DNA of 64,000 nucleotides from Schmidtea nova (lineage: Eukaryota). The position numbers and the translations under genes are program-made. Every line of letters starts with the position of its first letter. Within the stretch, counting starts at the first letter, position 1. A model generated the notes under the pieces. The model had not been told where the DNA came from, ran no database searches, and was given only the letters and a program-made list of their open reading frames with translations. This document shows positions 50,288-63,880 of the stretch, one piece after another. The stretch covers positions 148,738,001 through 148,802,000 of the forward strand of contig CM097882.1 of the NCBI GenBank assembly GCA_044892505.1, written 5' to 3'.

Positions 50288-52933
50288 GATAAACCTCATC
50301 CAATGGGACTCCCAGTCCAAAGATCTACTCAACTATTTTTTTCAATTAATAAATTCATTCTTTTTTAAAATTTGAAAAATTGAAAAATCTTTAAAATTTT
50401 AAAACAGTATGAATTTATTTATTCGAACAAAGATTTTAGAAAATTTTTTTAAATTTTAAATTAAAAAAAAGCAAAACAAATGCGAGAGATCAGAGAATTG
50501 TTGACTAATGACTATCTAGTGCTGAAGAATCGCTTAGGACCCGTTCTGATCAATTTTTGGCGGAAGAATTTGCCACTTTATCTTCTATTTCGAGGAGGAC
50601 CCTGCAAATATTTTATGAAAGCATTATACTTGTGCAAGCATGTGCTCGCTGGTCAAGCCCCTTTGCTCATGCCAGTATTTATTTTATTGTTATCCTAGTG
50701 GATCTTATTATTATTATCTTATCATTATTAATTATGTCATTTCTATCATGTCGATTTAAATTTTGAAAAATTAATATTTTGTATATTCATTTCGTTTTTC
50801 TTTCTTATTGTATTGAATATACTACATTTTATGAAATTACGTCAAAGAAATTATTTTCTTTTTGAAAATCTGTTGCATTTTGCCCCACTTAATATTATCA
50901 AACTTAAATTAATTTTTACTCAAATTATTAATATCATTTATTACAATATATTTTTTTATATTAATAATTCCTCCATACGTCTGATGTTCGTCCAGCGAAA
51001 GTTGAACCTTCATTAGTCACTTTTGCTAATCATTAGTTAACTGGGGCTCTTCCAGTGATCTGATCCATTTTTCATCGAAGTGAGCGCAAACCTCGAATAA
51101 CGCTTCATCTCATACCTGGCTATATGAGGAGGAGTGGCTTGGCCAAGCGCAAGGTCTGTTCAAAATAATTAACGCCTAGAATCCTATTACATTTTTATTG
51201 AAATGCGATATGGTATTCAAAGATCCAAATGATTATTTTATTATAGTATTGTATTTATATTTTATTTATATCAAACAACATAACTCTCATAACTACATAA
51301 ATATTCGGACACAATAAAAGTTATCGAAACTATGCATTCATCTCCTAAATCGCCTTCGCTCAATGAACGTTGTCTTTACTTCACTATGAAAGAAATCGGC
51401 TAGTCATTTGAAGAGTCGAATGTGTAAAAGCTCTTAAATATCAATTCAAAGAGCAATAAAAATGTTCATATTGTATTATGTTTTCAGATTAAACTCGATA
51501 ATAGTCATGTTAGAGACAGGGAAAATAGTACAAACATTTGAGTTAGATGAAGACTATAGCATAGGAACAAATAAATATAGGCTAAACATGCACATAGACA
51601 CATCACCTAACAAGATCCCTCCCGATGAAAAGATGGAATTCAGACAATAATCTATTTTATCTTGAGACAATCTTATTATGGCACAAACTCATTCAGCCTC
51701 GTGATTCAAATAACAATTTATTCTATCTCTTGACAATCTTATTAAATGACAAATTTTTTATATCTTTTCTTTATTCAATCTATTTTATCTTTTGAAAATC
51801 CTATTTGTGTGACAAATTCATTCAGTTTTGTGATGTAAATAACAATCTATTTTATCTTTTGACAATTTATCATTTGTGATCTTGTGAACATTTATTGACA
51901 TTTTTTATGGTGATTGACAAAATTTGATATAATTTTGAAAAAATATTTTGTTTTGAAAATATTTTATGTAAATTAATTTTTTCAGCTATTTGGAAAATGG
52001 ATTATATTTTCATTTATATTTTAATATTCTAATTCAATAAATAATAATAATAATAATAAAATAAATAAATAATACAGATTGTTTAAATAAATTAAAAATA
52101 AATAAATTACTGTTTGTTTAAATAAATTATATTTATGACCTATAAAGGTCAGTAAAATGAAATAATATTCCAAGGTTAAAAAATAATTTTGAAAACAACT
52201 CTATTTTCAAAACAATTTTAATCAACTCAAGAGGCAAAATAACAATCATTATTGACAGATTAAGTATATAAATTTAGTATATAAATTGACTGATTTTTCA
52301 GTCAAATCACCATAAATATTTTACAAAGTTAGGAAGAATTACAAATTCGGTAAACGATTTGTAAATTAAAATCGAGCATGCAAAATATTTATATCCGAGC
52401 TCAGGAAACTGCAAGCACTTACACACACATACATATACATACAAAATAACAAAAAAATTATTATCCTTGAGGTAATTGTTTATTTTCATCAAATTTGTAA
52501 TTGTTATAAATAAATAAAGTCTTTGAAAAGAACCAGTCTTGTTTTTATTTATATAAGAAACATCAAGTTGAGATTCTCGGAAACTCAACATTCATTTGAA
52601 TTTCACGTTAAGTCGCAAACATTATTAATAAAAACCTTCTGAAAATTGTATCTAATATTTTAAGTGTTCGATATTTCCAAAAGAAATGTCTTGAAAATTG
52701 AAATGTAATTATCAAAAAATTTGCATATGATCGAAGCTAAATTTTGCAAAAAATAAAATTTATTTTTTATAGATAATATATTATGAAAAAAAATTAGATT
52801 AAATTATTAGAATATAAAAATTATAAATCTAAATATTTTATCATTATATTAATTTCATAGAATTTTAAATTTTAATTTATCTTGAAGAAATTATAAATAT
52901 TATAATTATTATAATTATTATTTTATTTCTGAA

Positions 52934-52990
<57 letters not shown>

Positions 52991-53079
52991 GAAATAATTA
53001 TCTTTTTGTTTCACCTTTGATCTTTTTTATTATTAATATCAATAATTCCCATAATGGATGACTATAGATCAAAATTTCT

Positions 53080-53975
53080 TGATCTTGAAAATTCTTTAGT
53101 GGATGCAAAAGAATTGGCTGAATCTTTGGAAGTTGAACCAATTTTTATTAAAAAAAAATTACGCCGTAAAAAACAAATGTTTGCTTATTAGAATAGAGAT
53201 GAGATTGTAATAAGTCCAAAGAACAATTTTAATAAAAACGTCTTTAATGTAATTTTTGATATTCTTAGATATATCTTTTCAAGAGCGATTTCAACAACTG
53301 AATGAATTTCACCAAACCTGGGGAATTTTATATAATCTGAAGAAATTACCTGCCGACAATGACTTGCTTAAGTTTTGAAAAGATCTGCATTTGAAATTAA
53401 AAATGGAAAATAATTGCGATAGTAATGGCTCACAATTATTTGACGAGTTGAAATCTGCTTCCACCCTTTTGCCTAAAGATATTCTTGGACCTCTAAATGT
53501 CTTGAACTTTATAAAATCCAGTGCATTGCAAAATGTGGTTCCAAATATTTGGATTTCATTAAGAATAATGCTTACCATACCAATTACTGTTGCAAGCGGT
53601 GAGAGAAATTTTAGCAAATTGAAGCTAATAAGAAACTATTTAAGATCTACTATGAGTGACGAACGATTGAATAACTAAGCGATATTATCCATCGAAGAGG
53701 TAATAGCAACACAATTAGACTAGAAAAATAAACTTTTAGTATTGTATTAAGTTTAAAATTTGTTCCTGTTTAATTTTATAAATAAATGATTTGTATTTGG
53801 ACTTTAATTTCCTTTGTTAATTAATTCTACCTTTAAAAGGCAAAACGTTCATATTTATTTTTACACATTAGGTTTTACTAATAACTACCAAGTTACTTAC
53901 AAATAAAATGCATAATTCATAAAGGGCGCAATTTAAATCCTTGTCCGGGAGCTAGAATTTCTTGGGCCGGCCCTG
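53080..53975 (+). mobile_element. 5'-truncated hAT with transposase dimerization domain
   Basis: PNIWISLRIMLTIPITVASGERNFSKLKLIRNYLRSTMSDERLN; right end GGGCCGGCCCTG. Confidence 0.9.
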
Positions 53976-54609
53976 ATATTGTTTCTTATAAGTACTTTGG
54001 AGTTTTATCTTATGGTTTCACCGTAAAGTTATTATTATTTATAATTGTATTATTTTGTATTAAAATCATTTAAAATTATTTTATTCAATAAGTTAAAAAT
54101 TATATTTATTTAATTATGTCAGACTGAAAAGTTATTAACCTTTTATTAAATATATTATAATTATATCATTATAATTTATGACTCTTAATGTTTTTAAAAT
54201 TTTTTCTTATGTCATCACTACTTTTTCAAAAACACTACGTAATATTTAACCATTATTCATTACAACTACCATTTAAATTGCTTTTTTTAAAGAAATAACC
54301 GATTTGGCCTTTACCTTAATTATTTTTTTATCTAATCAATGAATAATTTATAAAAAATTTACAACATCAAAAAACATTAAACAGAAAATTTAGCAAATTT
54401 TTAGATGGCAAAACTATAAATTTAAAATATTTAAATTCTTTTATTTCAAATACAATATTGTATCCTATAATTAAATAAAATTACGTGGTAAGGCTAGAAC
54501 GTATTTTGACTCGAATATAAAAGGTTATTAATATTTTATTAATCACGGTTATCTTTTAAAAAATGTTTGAGGCAGTAGAATTTAGAAGCCCAATACGATT
54601 TTACTTTTA

Positions 54610-55150
54610 AAGAAGATAAGAAAGAAATGAATAATTCAATGGATTGAAGAATCATATGAATAAGAAGGTTCTAGAAGAACAACAATGTGTAACTGGATTC
54701 GGGAGCTTTTTTCCAGGAAAACAAGTTTTTTTGACCGCCGAAGAAGTGGAAGTACTTGCAGAATTTGATGGAGAAAACATTGAAAATTAATGAAAAATGT
54801 GAAGACATTTAATAAGATAAGCTCAAATACAAAAATAAAAAGCACAAAAACTTTTAAAAAATTAATAAAATATAAACATTTTAAAAGTAATATTAAACCA
54901 TTGAAGATTAATTAAAATTTAGAAAATTTAGAAATAATCATTTAACGGGGGAATTGGTATGGGTGCATGCTGAATAGTGAAACGAACTAAAAATAGTAAA
55001 ATAAAATTAATCAGGAGTGTCCAGAAATAAATAAATTAAGAGTTATTTGGCTATGGGAACCCTGAACTAATGGAAAACCCGGGCCAATAGAGAACCATAG
55101 GAGCGTGGGAAGTTCGGATGATCAGCGAGAATTATGCCCGGAAAATTTAA
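54610..55150 (+). mobile_element. Family B repeat preceded by a GIY-YIG C-terminus-like remnant
   Basis: HMNKK...EVEVLAE...KTLKINEK-type remnant, then the block shared with 29950-30170. Confidence 0.45.
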
Positions 55151-56033
55151 TTTTAAACGAAACCTGAAAACCCAATTGATGGTGTTAATAATTGAAGGCT
55201 AATTGCTATTAAATTATATTCAAATAAAACTAATTGTGTAATAATTTATCTTATTCAAACAATGATTCAAAATGGCGAATTAATCAATCAAATAATAATG
55301 ACAATAATGCGTGCCAGCATTTATACTTATAATACTTTTACTGTATAATAATATTGATTACTTATAATACAATATATGTTGTTTATAAATTAGTTATTTA
55401 AATATCCCTAAGATCCTCCTGTTTAAAAGGCTTTAGCCGTTCCACGTTGCGAACCATAATTTTTCCATCTCTGTCACTTAATTCAGAGCTATTCGCATGT
55501 ATCTTTCTAACAACGATAAACGGTCCTATATATCCGTCTTCCTCTTGTTTCCTCACATCTACTTTAACTATAATTTTTTCATTTATATCAAATTCTCAGC
55601 GTATCTGGTTCTCATTTTTATAATTTAAATGTCTTTGTTTTGATTATACTTCTTCCACTATTTTACTCCTATCGTCGTATCCTCTATTATTATTGTTCCA
55701 TTCTCTAGATAACCGGAAACAAGTACTGCTTCTGAGGAGCTCTTTCCAATTGTGCTTTGAATAGTTGCATTTAAAGTAAACTCGATTTCAGGTAAGACTT
55801 CAACCCAATTCTTCTTAAGTTTGTCTTTTAATGATCTACTGATAATATCTCGTATTGTTCGAAATTGTCTTTCAATCAAACCATTAGTATTATGATGATA
55901 AGGGCTAGAAAATTGTAGCTGTATATTGTGATTCTTTGTCAACTCTTTTATCAAGTTAGACTCAAATGTTTTGCCACAATCAACATGGATAATTCTAGGT
56001 GCCCCATATTTTAACATCCAGAATTTCATTATA

Positions 56034-57365
56034 CAGGGTGGTCGCTAGAAAAGCGGAAAATTTGTTTGCCAGGTGAGATCATGAATAAAATGCGTGTATA
56101 CTCATTTATATTTTGATTTGTTTCAGGTTCTATTTGATACCCACATCATGGAAGGAAACAGGAAACAGCTTTCAGACTTTCAAAGGCAAATGATTTTTCT
56201 TTTCAAAAGTGAAAATCCGACTTAAGGACTGACAAAATGTCTAGCTGTGTTATCAACATTTTTTCAACGATTACAAGGCATCAATTTAATAATGTTGTTG
56301 CAACTTTGAAACGAAAAGATCCTGAAACAGCTGGTACACGCCAAAAAGGAACGGGTCCAAAAAAACGAATTTCGGACGAGGCACGTGCCACAGTGAAGTA
56401 TTTGGCTGTTTCGCATGTGCGACATGGTGCAATGAACATATCTAATTTCAGTCGACGAAAAATCGCTCGACATCTCAATATATCGAAAACATCAGTATTT
56501 GAAATTCTCAAAGAAAGTGAACTGAAATGCTATCGTCGGATAAAATGCAACCTTCTCAGTGAGCGACATCTGAAAATGCGTAAAAACTAGTCGCTTGCAC
56601 TGATCAATCGCTTTGAACCAGAGTATGCTTGGAAAAGAGTATGGTTTGGGGACGAAGCAAAGTTTTCATTGCGACCGCCTTCGAATACACAAAATGATCG
56701 CATTTACCGAAAAGTGCGAGTAAAAACTGACATACCCGAGAAAGGTTTGCTTGTGGAATATGACAATTTGCAGCCATCTGTTCTTTGTTCTGCTGCAGTT
56801 TCATGGTATGGCAAAACGGAGCTTCCATTTGTTCAAGGATATTATCAAAGTCCTGAAGACTGGAAGAAAAAAACAATAAACCAACAAGTTTATTGTGAAG
56901 AGATGCGTCCACAGATGTTCAGTGCTATTCGAAATGTAATAGACGACCAAATATGGACATGACAGCATGATAGTGCCAGGTCTCACACAGCAACGGCTTT
57001 CGTTCAATTTCTTCAGCCATTTCACTGAACCGGAAGATTGGCCCTCCAAAAGTCTAGACTTAAATGTCATGGATTACTGAGTTTGGAGCTTGTTATTAAC
57101 AGAGCTTCAGAATTTTTGACGTGACATAAACTCTGTTGATGATTAGAAAACGAGATTGAGAAGAGCTTGGAATGATATCTCACAAGTTACCCTTCAAAAC
57201 GCTACATGAGCTTGGATTTCAGGTTAAGAAGCTGCTCTGAAGTGCATGGACGACATTTTGAGCATCTATAAATGTAATATAACATATGCCTTTAAAAAGA
57301 CTTTGTAAAAGTTATTCTTCGTAAAAATAAGTAGATGTTTGACAAATTTTCCACTATTCTAGCGA
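56034..57365 (+). mobile_element. Degenerate maT/mori-like (DDxD) Tc1-mariner element
   Basis: TA-CAGGGTGGTCGCTAGAAAAGCGGAAAATTTG left TIR; right TIR lacks its last ~8 nt; VWFGDE, QHDSARSHT, EDWPSKSLDLNVMDY. Confidence 0.85.
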
Positions 57366-57472
57366 TAATTTCTTTGGTGTTTTATTGAATTAATATATTA
57401 CGAAATAAAGATTGTAAATTTAAAAAGATGTGGGGTTTACAAATGATTTTGTGAAAGGATAAAATTGAATTG

Positions 57473-57840
57473 ATGGGCGGTGTGTACAAAGGTCATTGAC
57501 GTAATCAGTGCAAGCTAGTGACTTGCGCTTACTAGGAATTTCTCGTTCAAGTGGAATAATTTCAATCCACTATTCCTGACACGACAGTGATTTAGCAGGT
57601 TACCCGGCCATTTCTAGCTAGGAATTAAACTCATTGTAACTGCCATTGTAGCACGCGTGCGGCCCCGGACATCTAAGGGCATTGCAGACCTGTTATTGCT
57701 CAATTTCAGTTAGTTAAACGCCATTTATTCCCTAAGAAGTCAGCATTTGCGTTAGAACACAAATGTACAATTTAGCAAGTTAGTCTCGTTCATTAACGGA
57801 ATTAACCAGACAAATCGCTCCACCAACTAAAACGGTCAAT
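57473..57840 (-). rRNA. 18S: 18S rRNA gene fragment (3' part, pseudogenic)
   Basis: Reverse complement contains TTAGTTGGTGGAGCGATTTGTCTGGTTAATTCCG, GCAATAACAGGTCTG, CCCTTAGATGTCCGGGGCCGCACG and TTTGTACACACCGCCC, with substitutions in conserved positions. Confidence 0.95.
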
Positions 57841-58019
57841 TTCTTTTTTCATCTTGCTTTGCAACTGCTGTTAACGAAATGTATCGACTACACATGTCAA
57901 TAATTTCCAAAATATATTTCTTTCCATGAATGTTCGCATGTAAAGGTCCACAAAAATCTATCGCTATAACTTTAAAAAAATGTGGTTCTACAAAGACGAA
58001 AGTATAAAAGTCAAAAGAA

Positions 58020-58500
58020 GATAACAAAAAAGAAGAAAGAAAAGTGATAGTACAGAGAATTTATGGGCATTTCAAAGAGTTATAATTAAATATTAAAATA
58101 AAAAAAAATTAAATTCAAATAAAAGGGCTGGAAAGTTAAAAGTGTAGAATACAGACAATGAAAAATTTAAAAATTTTCTATTTTTAAAAAAGGATAAATT
58201 TATTTATTCTGAAAAGAATTTAGAAAAAAATTTTAAGAATTTTTAGAGTTTTTATTTTTTATTTTAAATTTTTAACAAAAAACATTTTAAAACAATTAAG
58301 AATTTAAAAAATTTATATTAATCAGATTAACATCCAATGAAAAGGAAGAGAAATCACGAAAAAAGAAACAACAGAATGAATGAAGATACCAGTTATTTGC
58401 CAAATTAGAGATTGACGAGTATTATTTTATAATCGAAAATTTTCTCACTTAATAAAATTATTTTTGCAGCAAAGGCTTATTTTGTTACTTATTTGTTAAT
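58020..58500 (+). mobile_element. Penelope family A pseudo-LTR copy
   Basis: Collinear with 2390-1890 (minus); degenerate hammerhead-like GAGA-TTGACGA-G...C-GAAA-ATTT-TCTC at 58408-58446. Confidence 0.7.
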
Positions 58501-60282
58501 TTATTTATATAATAATAATAACAATAATAATAATAATAATATGTCCAAGATTAGTAACAATGATTATTATTACGCACATATTAATTCATAAAGACAAAAT
58601 AAATTGTCGTGTGATTATCTGTCTCTGTGACTAAGTTTCATTGTTTAAATATGGTGTAACTACCATTATGCACACTGATTTTCTAGTGAATTTTGACAAA
58701 GAAAAGCTTTTTGGCGTGGAAAATTTCTTATTTTTCCATGCTTTATATAAGGTTGCTTTCTATATATATGTGTGTGCCACAAAATTACAAATCAATTTTT
58801 TAGTGCTTTTCTCTCAACCGATTCACTTCAAATTTTGCACACTTGCTCACTTCCGGTGACAATACATGGAAATTGATAAATTTGACCAAAAAAAGTTAAT
58901 TAAGTTAACTAAATAACAATTTGAATTTCCCCATACATTTAACAATGGACGAGAGGTAAATGTGTTGGTGTCTTCAGAGAAATTTTGCGTGTAAATGTAA
59001 TATAAATTATTGTTCGAATCATCTCAAGTGAAATTTTTTTTTAATTTTTTTAATGCTTTTTTTTGCTTTTTTATTTAATTAATTTAACTTTTAATATAAA
59101 AATAAATGTTTTGAAAAAAAATTTGAAAACAAATTTTTTTTTAAAAATTTTTTTTGAGGACACACGAAAAATGTAATATAATTTTCCCTTCTACAAAATA
59201 TAACAAAAAAAAATTTCTCAACCAAGTGGAGTTCTGCTCGCATAAAGCATGGATTTGAAAAAAGAATTTTTTTTTGATTTACTAGTTTACCATATAAATT
59301 ATTACTAAAAATGATTTACATGTGGACTAAAGTATCATTCTAAAAAAGAATTTTGAAAAATAGGACAAAAAAATCTGTCCACTGCTATACATAATTAAAT
59401 TGTTGCATCAATCTAGTAAAATTCTAAATTTTTTGATTAAATTTATTTATTAATAATTTGTTTTTAACTTAATTTTTTCTCAAATTTGAAAATAAAAATT
59501 TTCAGTTAAAATATGCATAGAAGTGTTGACACGATAAAAATTACAAAATCTGCTTCTTTGTTACATGAAAATATATTTTTGATATCAGATTATGAATTTC
59601 ATTAAATTTTGATTCGAAATAATTGAAATCACAAAATAAAGGCATCAGTTCTCACATTTCAATCAATTTTTTTATGTTAGATTAGCTTTATGTTGCTCAA
59701 CGGAATTTACGTTACCCAGCGTGGAAATAATAAATTAAATATTTTTAATGAATTAAAGAAAATTTTTCAAAATAATCAAGTTACTTGCCAAATTAAATTT
59801 TCTTTTATCAAATATTTAGCTCTTTTATATATTAATATTTTATTCTAAACTTCCGAAATTGGTTAATGTTAATAAATATTAATAAGCATGTCATATATTT
59901 AAAATTAAATTAAAAAATAGCATTTAAAAATAAACTTGTTAGTGATAAGTTACAGCAGATTTTAATTTATATTTTCAATTCACTACATTTCTTGTAAAGA
60001 AATTGGTTATTGCAATGACTGAAGATTGTTTAATCGCATTAAAAATAAAATGATTGATTATAAATTTTGAAAATCTTCCAGAGATAAAATTTCAGATATT
60101 GACTTTAGGATCTTTAGCTCTTATCATAAATGCTTGGTAAATGACCTTTGTCAGTTATTTTTTATTTTTTTCGTTAAGATATTAAAATCAAACACAACTA
60201 GTTTTATTAAAACAAATACATTTTGCTGGGTTTATGGATGGGATTTAAATAATTAATAATAAATAAATAAAAAATAAATAAA

Positions 60283-61050
60283 TGTTAGGGATGCCTCACC
60301 CATAACCATACATAAAAACAAATTGTCTCACTCGCGCGCCCCTAACTATTCCCTATCTAGTTAGGTTGGAATTGCGCGTGGTGGTTGAAAAATGATGGGA
60401 AGGTGAGCTCCATCGCTGGAACTACTCCCCATTTATTTTCACGGGTTTCCGCTGCCACTAGAAGGTCTTACGCGTTATTCTCTCAATGTCTACGCTCAAC
60501 TTCTTTAAAAAAATAGCGAAACGTCTTTTCAATAGAGATTTGATTTAGCTACAAACTCCTTACGCTATATAAAACCCAAAATAATGCGCTGCACCTTAAA
60601 ATTATATTGATTTATAAAAACTCTCGAAAATCTCCTTTCCTAAGTATAACTATTCAAAACTCAAAATCACCGCTATGTTGTTGCATCGCTATGCAAAAAA
60701 AATCTATTGATCAAGTTCGCCTCGCTAACATTTTAATTCTGAAATTAAATCGCTACATGAGATGTAATATTCCTCTAAAATTATCGCTGAAAAATGCGCA
60801 AACCTCAAAACCTATCGTTCAACACTCAAAAATCCTATCACTATATGAAACCCTCAAAAACTATCGCAATTACCAAAAACTATTCTCTATGTGTAACGAT
60901 TCATTATGTGCAACCTCAAAATTATCTGAAAAATCTCAAAATACATAAATTATAAAAAGGTACAACCGCCGTGTGAAGCTACGAGGCTCCACGACGTCGA
61001 CTATGTCTCCCTCGCCGCGTTAGCAGCATAGGAAGCATATCTATATAACA
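60283..61050 (-). mobile_element. Solo LTR
   Basis: TGT...ACA ends (TGTTATATAG / CCCTAACA on minus); AATAAA before the conserved gtagttcc...ggagctcacct block. Confidence 0.65.
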
Positions 61051-62039
61051 ATTTTATATAATGACCACAATAATACGCATCATCGAATATTTATTTTCGG
61101 AAAATTTAGCCTCAAAACTTTATTATGACCATTGAATAACAATTTACCCAAAAATATCTCACAAGAATAACACGAAATACCCGTTCAGAATCGATCCACA
61201 CGACTGGCGAAATCAAAACCAAATTTTTGCTCTCAGTAAATTAATGCCAAGTAAGTTTTGATTGTGATTTTTCAGCGTCTATTTATACTAATTTTTCTGA
61301 CGCTAACATATTTTGTTATTTACATAATTTATTAACAATTTAAACTTACTTATTAGTTTTAATAAGTGATCATTTATTTATCTTTCATAAATTTAACTTT
61401 ATAATTTGATTTATTTATTTCGGAAATATTTGTTTTTAATTCTATTAAATTAGGTGTGTTTCCATTGTTTTATTGTGCATTTATTGATTAAAACAATTTA
61501 ATTTTAAATCTATTTTCATTCTTATCTCTGTTAATTTTTGCTATATTTCAATTGGGATTTATTCTATAATTTTTAATAAATTATTTTCTTTATTCTGATA
61601 CTGATTTTATTCTTTGATCATGCTTTTCATAATCACTTTACAAGCACTGATCTTCCCCATTCAATTTTCGTTCGGTCTTTCGTGTGTAAATCCGACTTGT
61701 ACTCAAATTGTGTGCTCTCCTTTGAGATGCCTCTTTTTATCGCTTCAACCCTATCTCGACAGACTTATAAGATGCGGTTCGAATGACTACTATTGTACTT
61801 AACTGTTTTTATTTTCCCTTGTGTTATTTTACTGCTTAACGTCTTGTCGTTCGTTTCTCTTTGTTTCTCTTTGTATGTATTTATTTTTTATTAAATTTTA
61901 ATTAAATTTTATTTTTGATTTCACCAGCCCAACAATTTTCGCAAATTTACCTGGTCTACTTATTCTGCAAAGAGCCGGAAAATTAGAAAGTTCTTAGCCA
62001 ATATTAAACTGCAAATGAAGATATAGCACATACTGTTGT

Positions 62040-62522
62040 TGAGTTATTGGGTTGTTGGCGAACTTTAGTAGTAATCAGTCAACTCTCTGACTCCAAAGCA
62101 TGTTTTATTTGATCCACCAAATAACAATTCTCAGAAAATATAAACTTTTATTGATTACCACAGTTGATTACAGTAATTATAATAACAATCAATTCAACAC
62201 TTAAATAGCCAATTTTACAAAGCTTGGATCTTATTTGCATATTGTAAGAAATGCTCTCGTCTTATTTTATTGGTCCAATTTACAATAACCGACGAAAGCT
62301 AATTAACAAACAAATGGCTACGCGAATAAACTTTGAACTAAACAAATTCTTCAAACTCAATATAACTGTTTCCCATCAACCACATCCTCATCTTTAGTAT
62401 CAAACCAACAATTTTGATTGTGGACCATTCACCTGTGCATACGCGGTGATAATCAGTAAAGATTGGAACAGCTTTCTTGATGGGTTCATCGAACAAATCC
62501 GAAGAGATATCCATCAATAGTA
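62040..62522 (+). pseudogene. Ulp1/SENP-like (C48) cysteine protease remnant, probably TE-borne
   Basis: QTNNFDCGPFTCAYA at 62401 (QxNxxDCGxF motif); upstream KAWILFAY at the HW-x-L position; stops and frameshifts. Confidence 0.6.
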
Positions 62523-62761
62523 GTACCATATGGGCTATCTAAACCACCAGTGCCCCCTCCCCCTACCCCCAATCCCCGACTTTTTAAAAAAAATCTTTGA
62601 AATTTTTGAAATTTTTTGAAATTTTTTAATTTTAAGGTCAAATTTTTACGCCATTTTGAATTTTAAGGTCAAAGTCAACGCCATTTTGAATTTTAAAGTA
62701 GGTAGTTAATGGCTCCCCAACCCACTGCCTTTCTAACTCACCAACCCCCCCCCTAGAAAAA

Positions 62762-63880
62762 GTGAGTTAGAAAATGTGAATTAGAAAGCCGCTATGTTTT
62801 TTCGTCGATCTTTTGTATAGGAAAATTTTGTCGGTCTTTTGAATAGGATTTTCTATTCCGAGATTTTTGTCGGGCAAAAAGGGACACTGGATTTTTGTAC
62901 AGGTGAGTTAGAAAATCACTGTTTTTTCGTCGGTCTTTTGTATAGGTGAGTTAGAAAGCCACTGTGTTTTTTGGTCGGTCTTTTGTATAGGAAAGTTTTT
63001 CTCGGTCTTTTGTACAGGTGAGTTAGAAAGCCACTGTTTTTTCGTCGGTCTTTTGTATAAGAAAATTTTTGTCGGTCTTTTGTATAGATGAGTTAGAAAG
63101 CCACGATGTTTGTGGTCGATCTTTTGTATAGGAAAATTTTATCAGTCTTTTGAATAGGATTTTCAATTCCCAGATTTTTCTAGGGCAAAAAGGGACACTG
63201 GATTTTTGTACAGGTGAGTTAGAAAGCCACTATGTTTTTTCGTCGGTCTTTTGTATAGGAAAGTTTTTCTCGGTCTTTTGTACAGGTGAGTTAGAAAGCC
63301 ACTGTTTTTTCGTCGGTCTTTTGTATAAGAAAATTTTTGTCGGTCTTTTGTATAGATGAGTTAGAAAGCCACGATGTTTGTGGTCGATCTTTTGTATAGG
63401 AAAATTTTATCAGTCTTTTGAATAGGATTTTCAATTCCCAGATTTTTCTAGGGCAAAAAGGGACTCTGGTAATTTTGAACTAAAATTTAAATGGTAAATA
63501 AAAAACACGTGTAAATTTTTTAAACTAGTAAAATAGATTGAAATTATTTTGAATATGATTTTCAATTCCCAGATTTTTCTTCGGGCAAAAATAGACTCTC
63601 GTAATTTTGAACTAAAACTTTTTATGGTAAATAAAAACACGTGTAAACTTTTTAAACTAGTAAAATAGATTGAAATTATTTTGAATAGGATTTTCAATTC
63701 CCAGATTTTTCTAGGGCAAAAAGAGACTCTGGTAATTTTGAACTAGATTTTTATGGTAATTAAAAAAAAACACATGTAAATTTTTTAAACTAGTAAAATA
63801 GATTGAAATTAATTTGAATAGGATTTTCAATTCCCACAATTTCTAGGGCAAAAAGGGACTCTGGTAATTTTGAACAGAAA
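62762..63880 (+). repeat. Composite higher-order satellite
   Basis: About 21-bp and 43-bp monomers (gtgagttagaaagccac, tcggtcttttgtatag) in blocks of roughly 270-310 bp, then about 3.5 copies of a ~131-bp unit sharing the gaataggattttcaattcccagatttttctagggcaaaaaggga module. Confidence 0.9.

Larger units (their letters stand above)
55410..57975 (-). pseudogene. Second Ty3/Gypsy integrase, split by a maT transposon and 18S fragment
   Basis: IDFCGPL...IIDMCSRYISLTAVAKQDE (57975-57845) resumes as IMKFWMLKYGAPRIIHVDCG...NGLIER...GYIGPF (56031-55410); collinear with integrase 21449-21916. Confidence 0.9.

Noticed and set aside
50480-51200. GC-richer patches with short ORFs
   Set aside because: I could not recognise a domain or RNA family
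60607-60948. 113-aa ORF in the solo LTR
   Set aside because: Antisense to the LTR and built from ctcaaaa-type internal repeats
62338-62529. 63-aa minus-strand ORF
   Set aside because: Shadow of the Ulp1-like remnant on the plus strand
62762-63880. CRISPR-like appearance of the repeat array
   Set aside because: The intervening sequences are themselves repeated, the context is eukaryotic, and there are no cas genes
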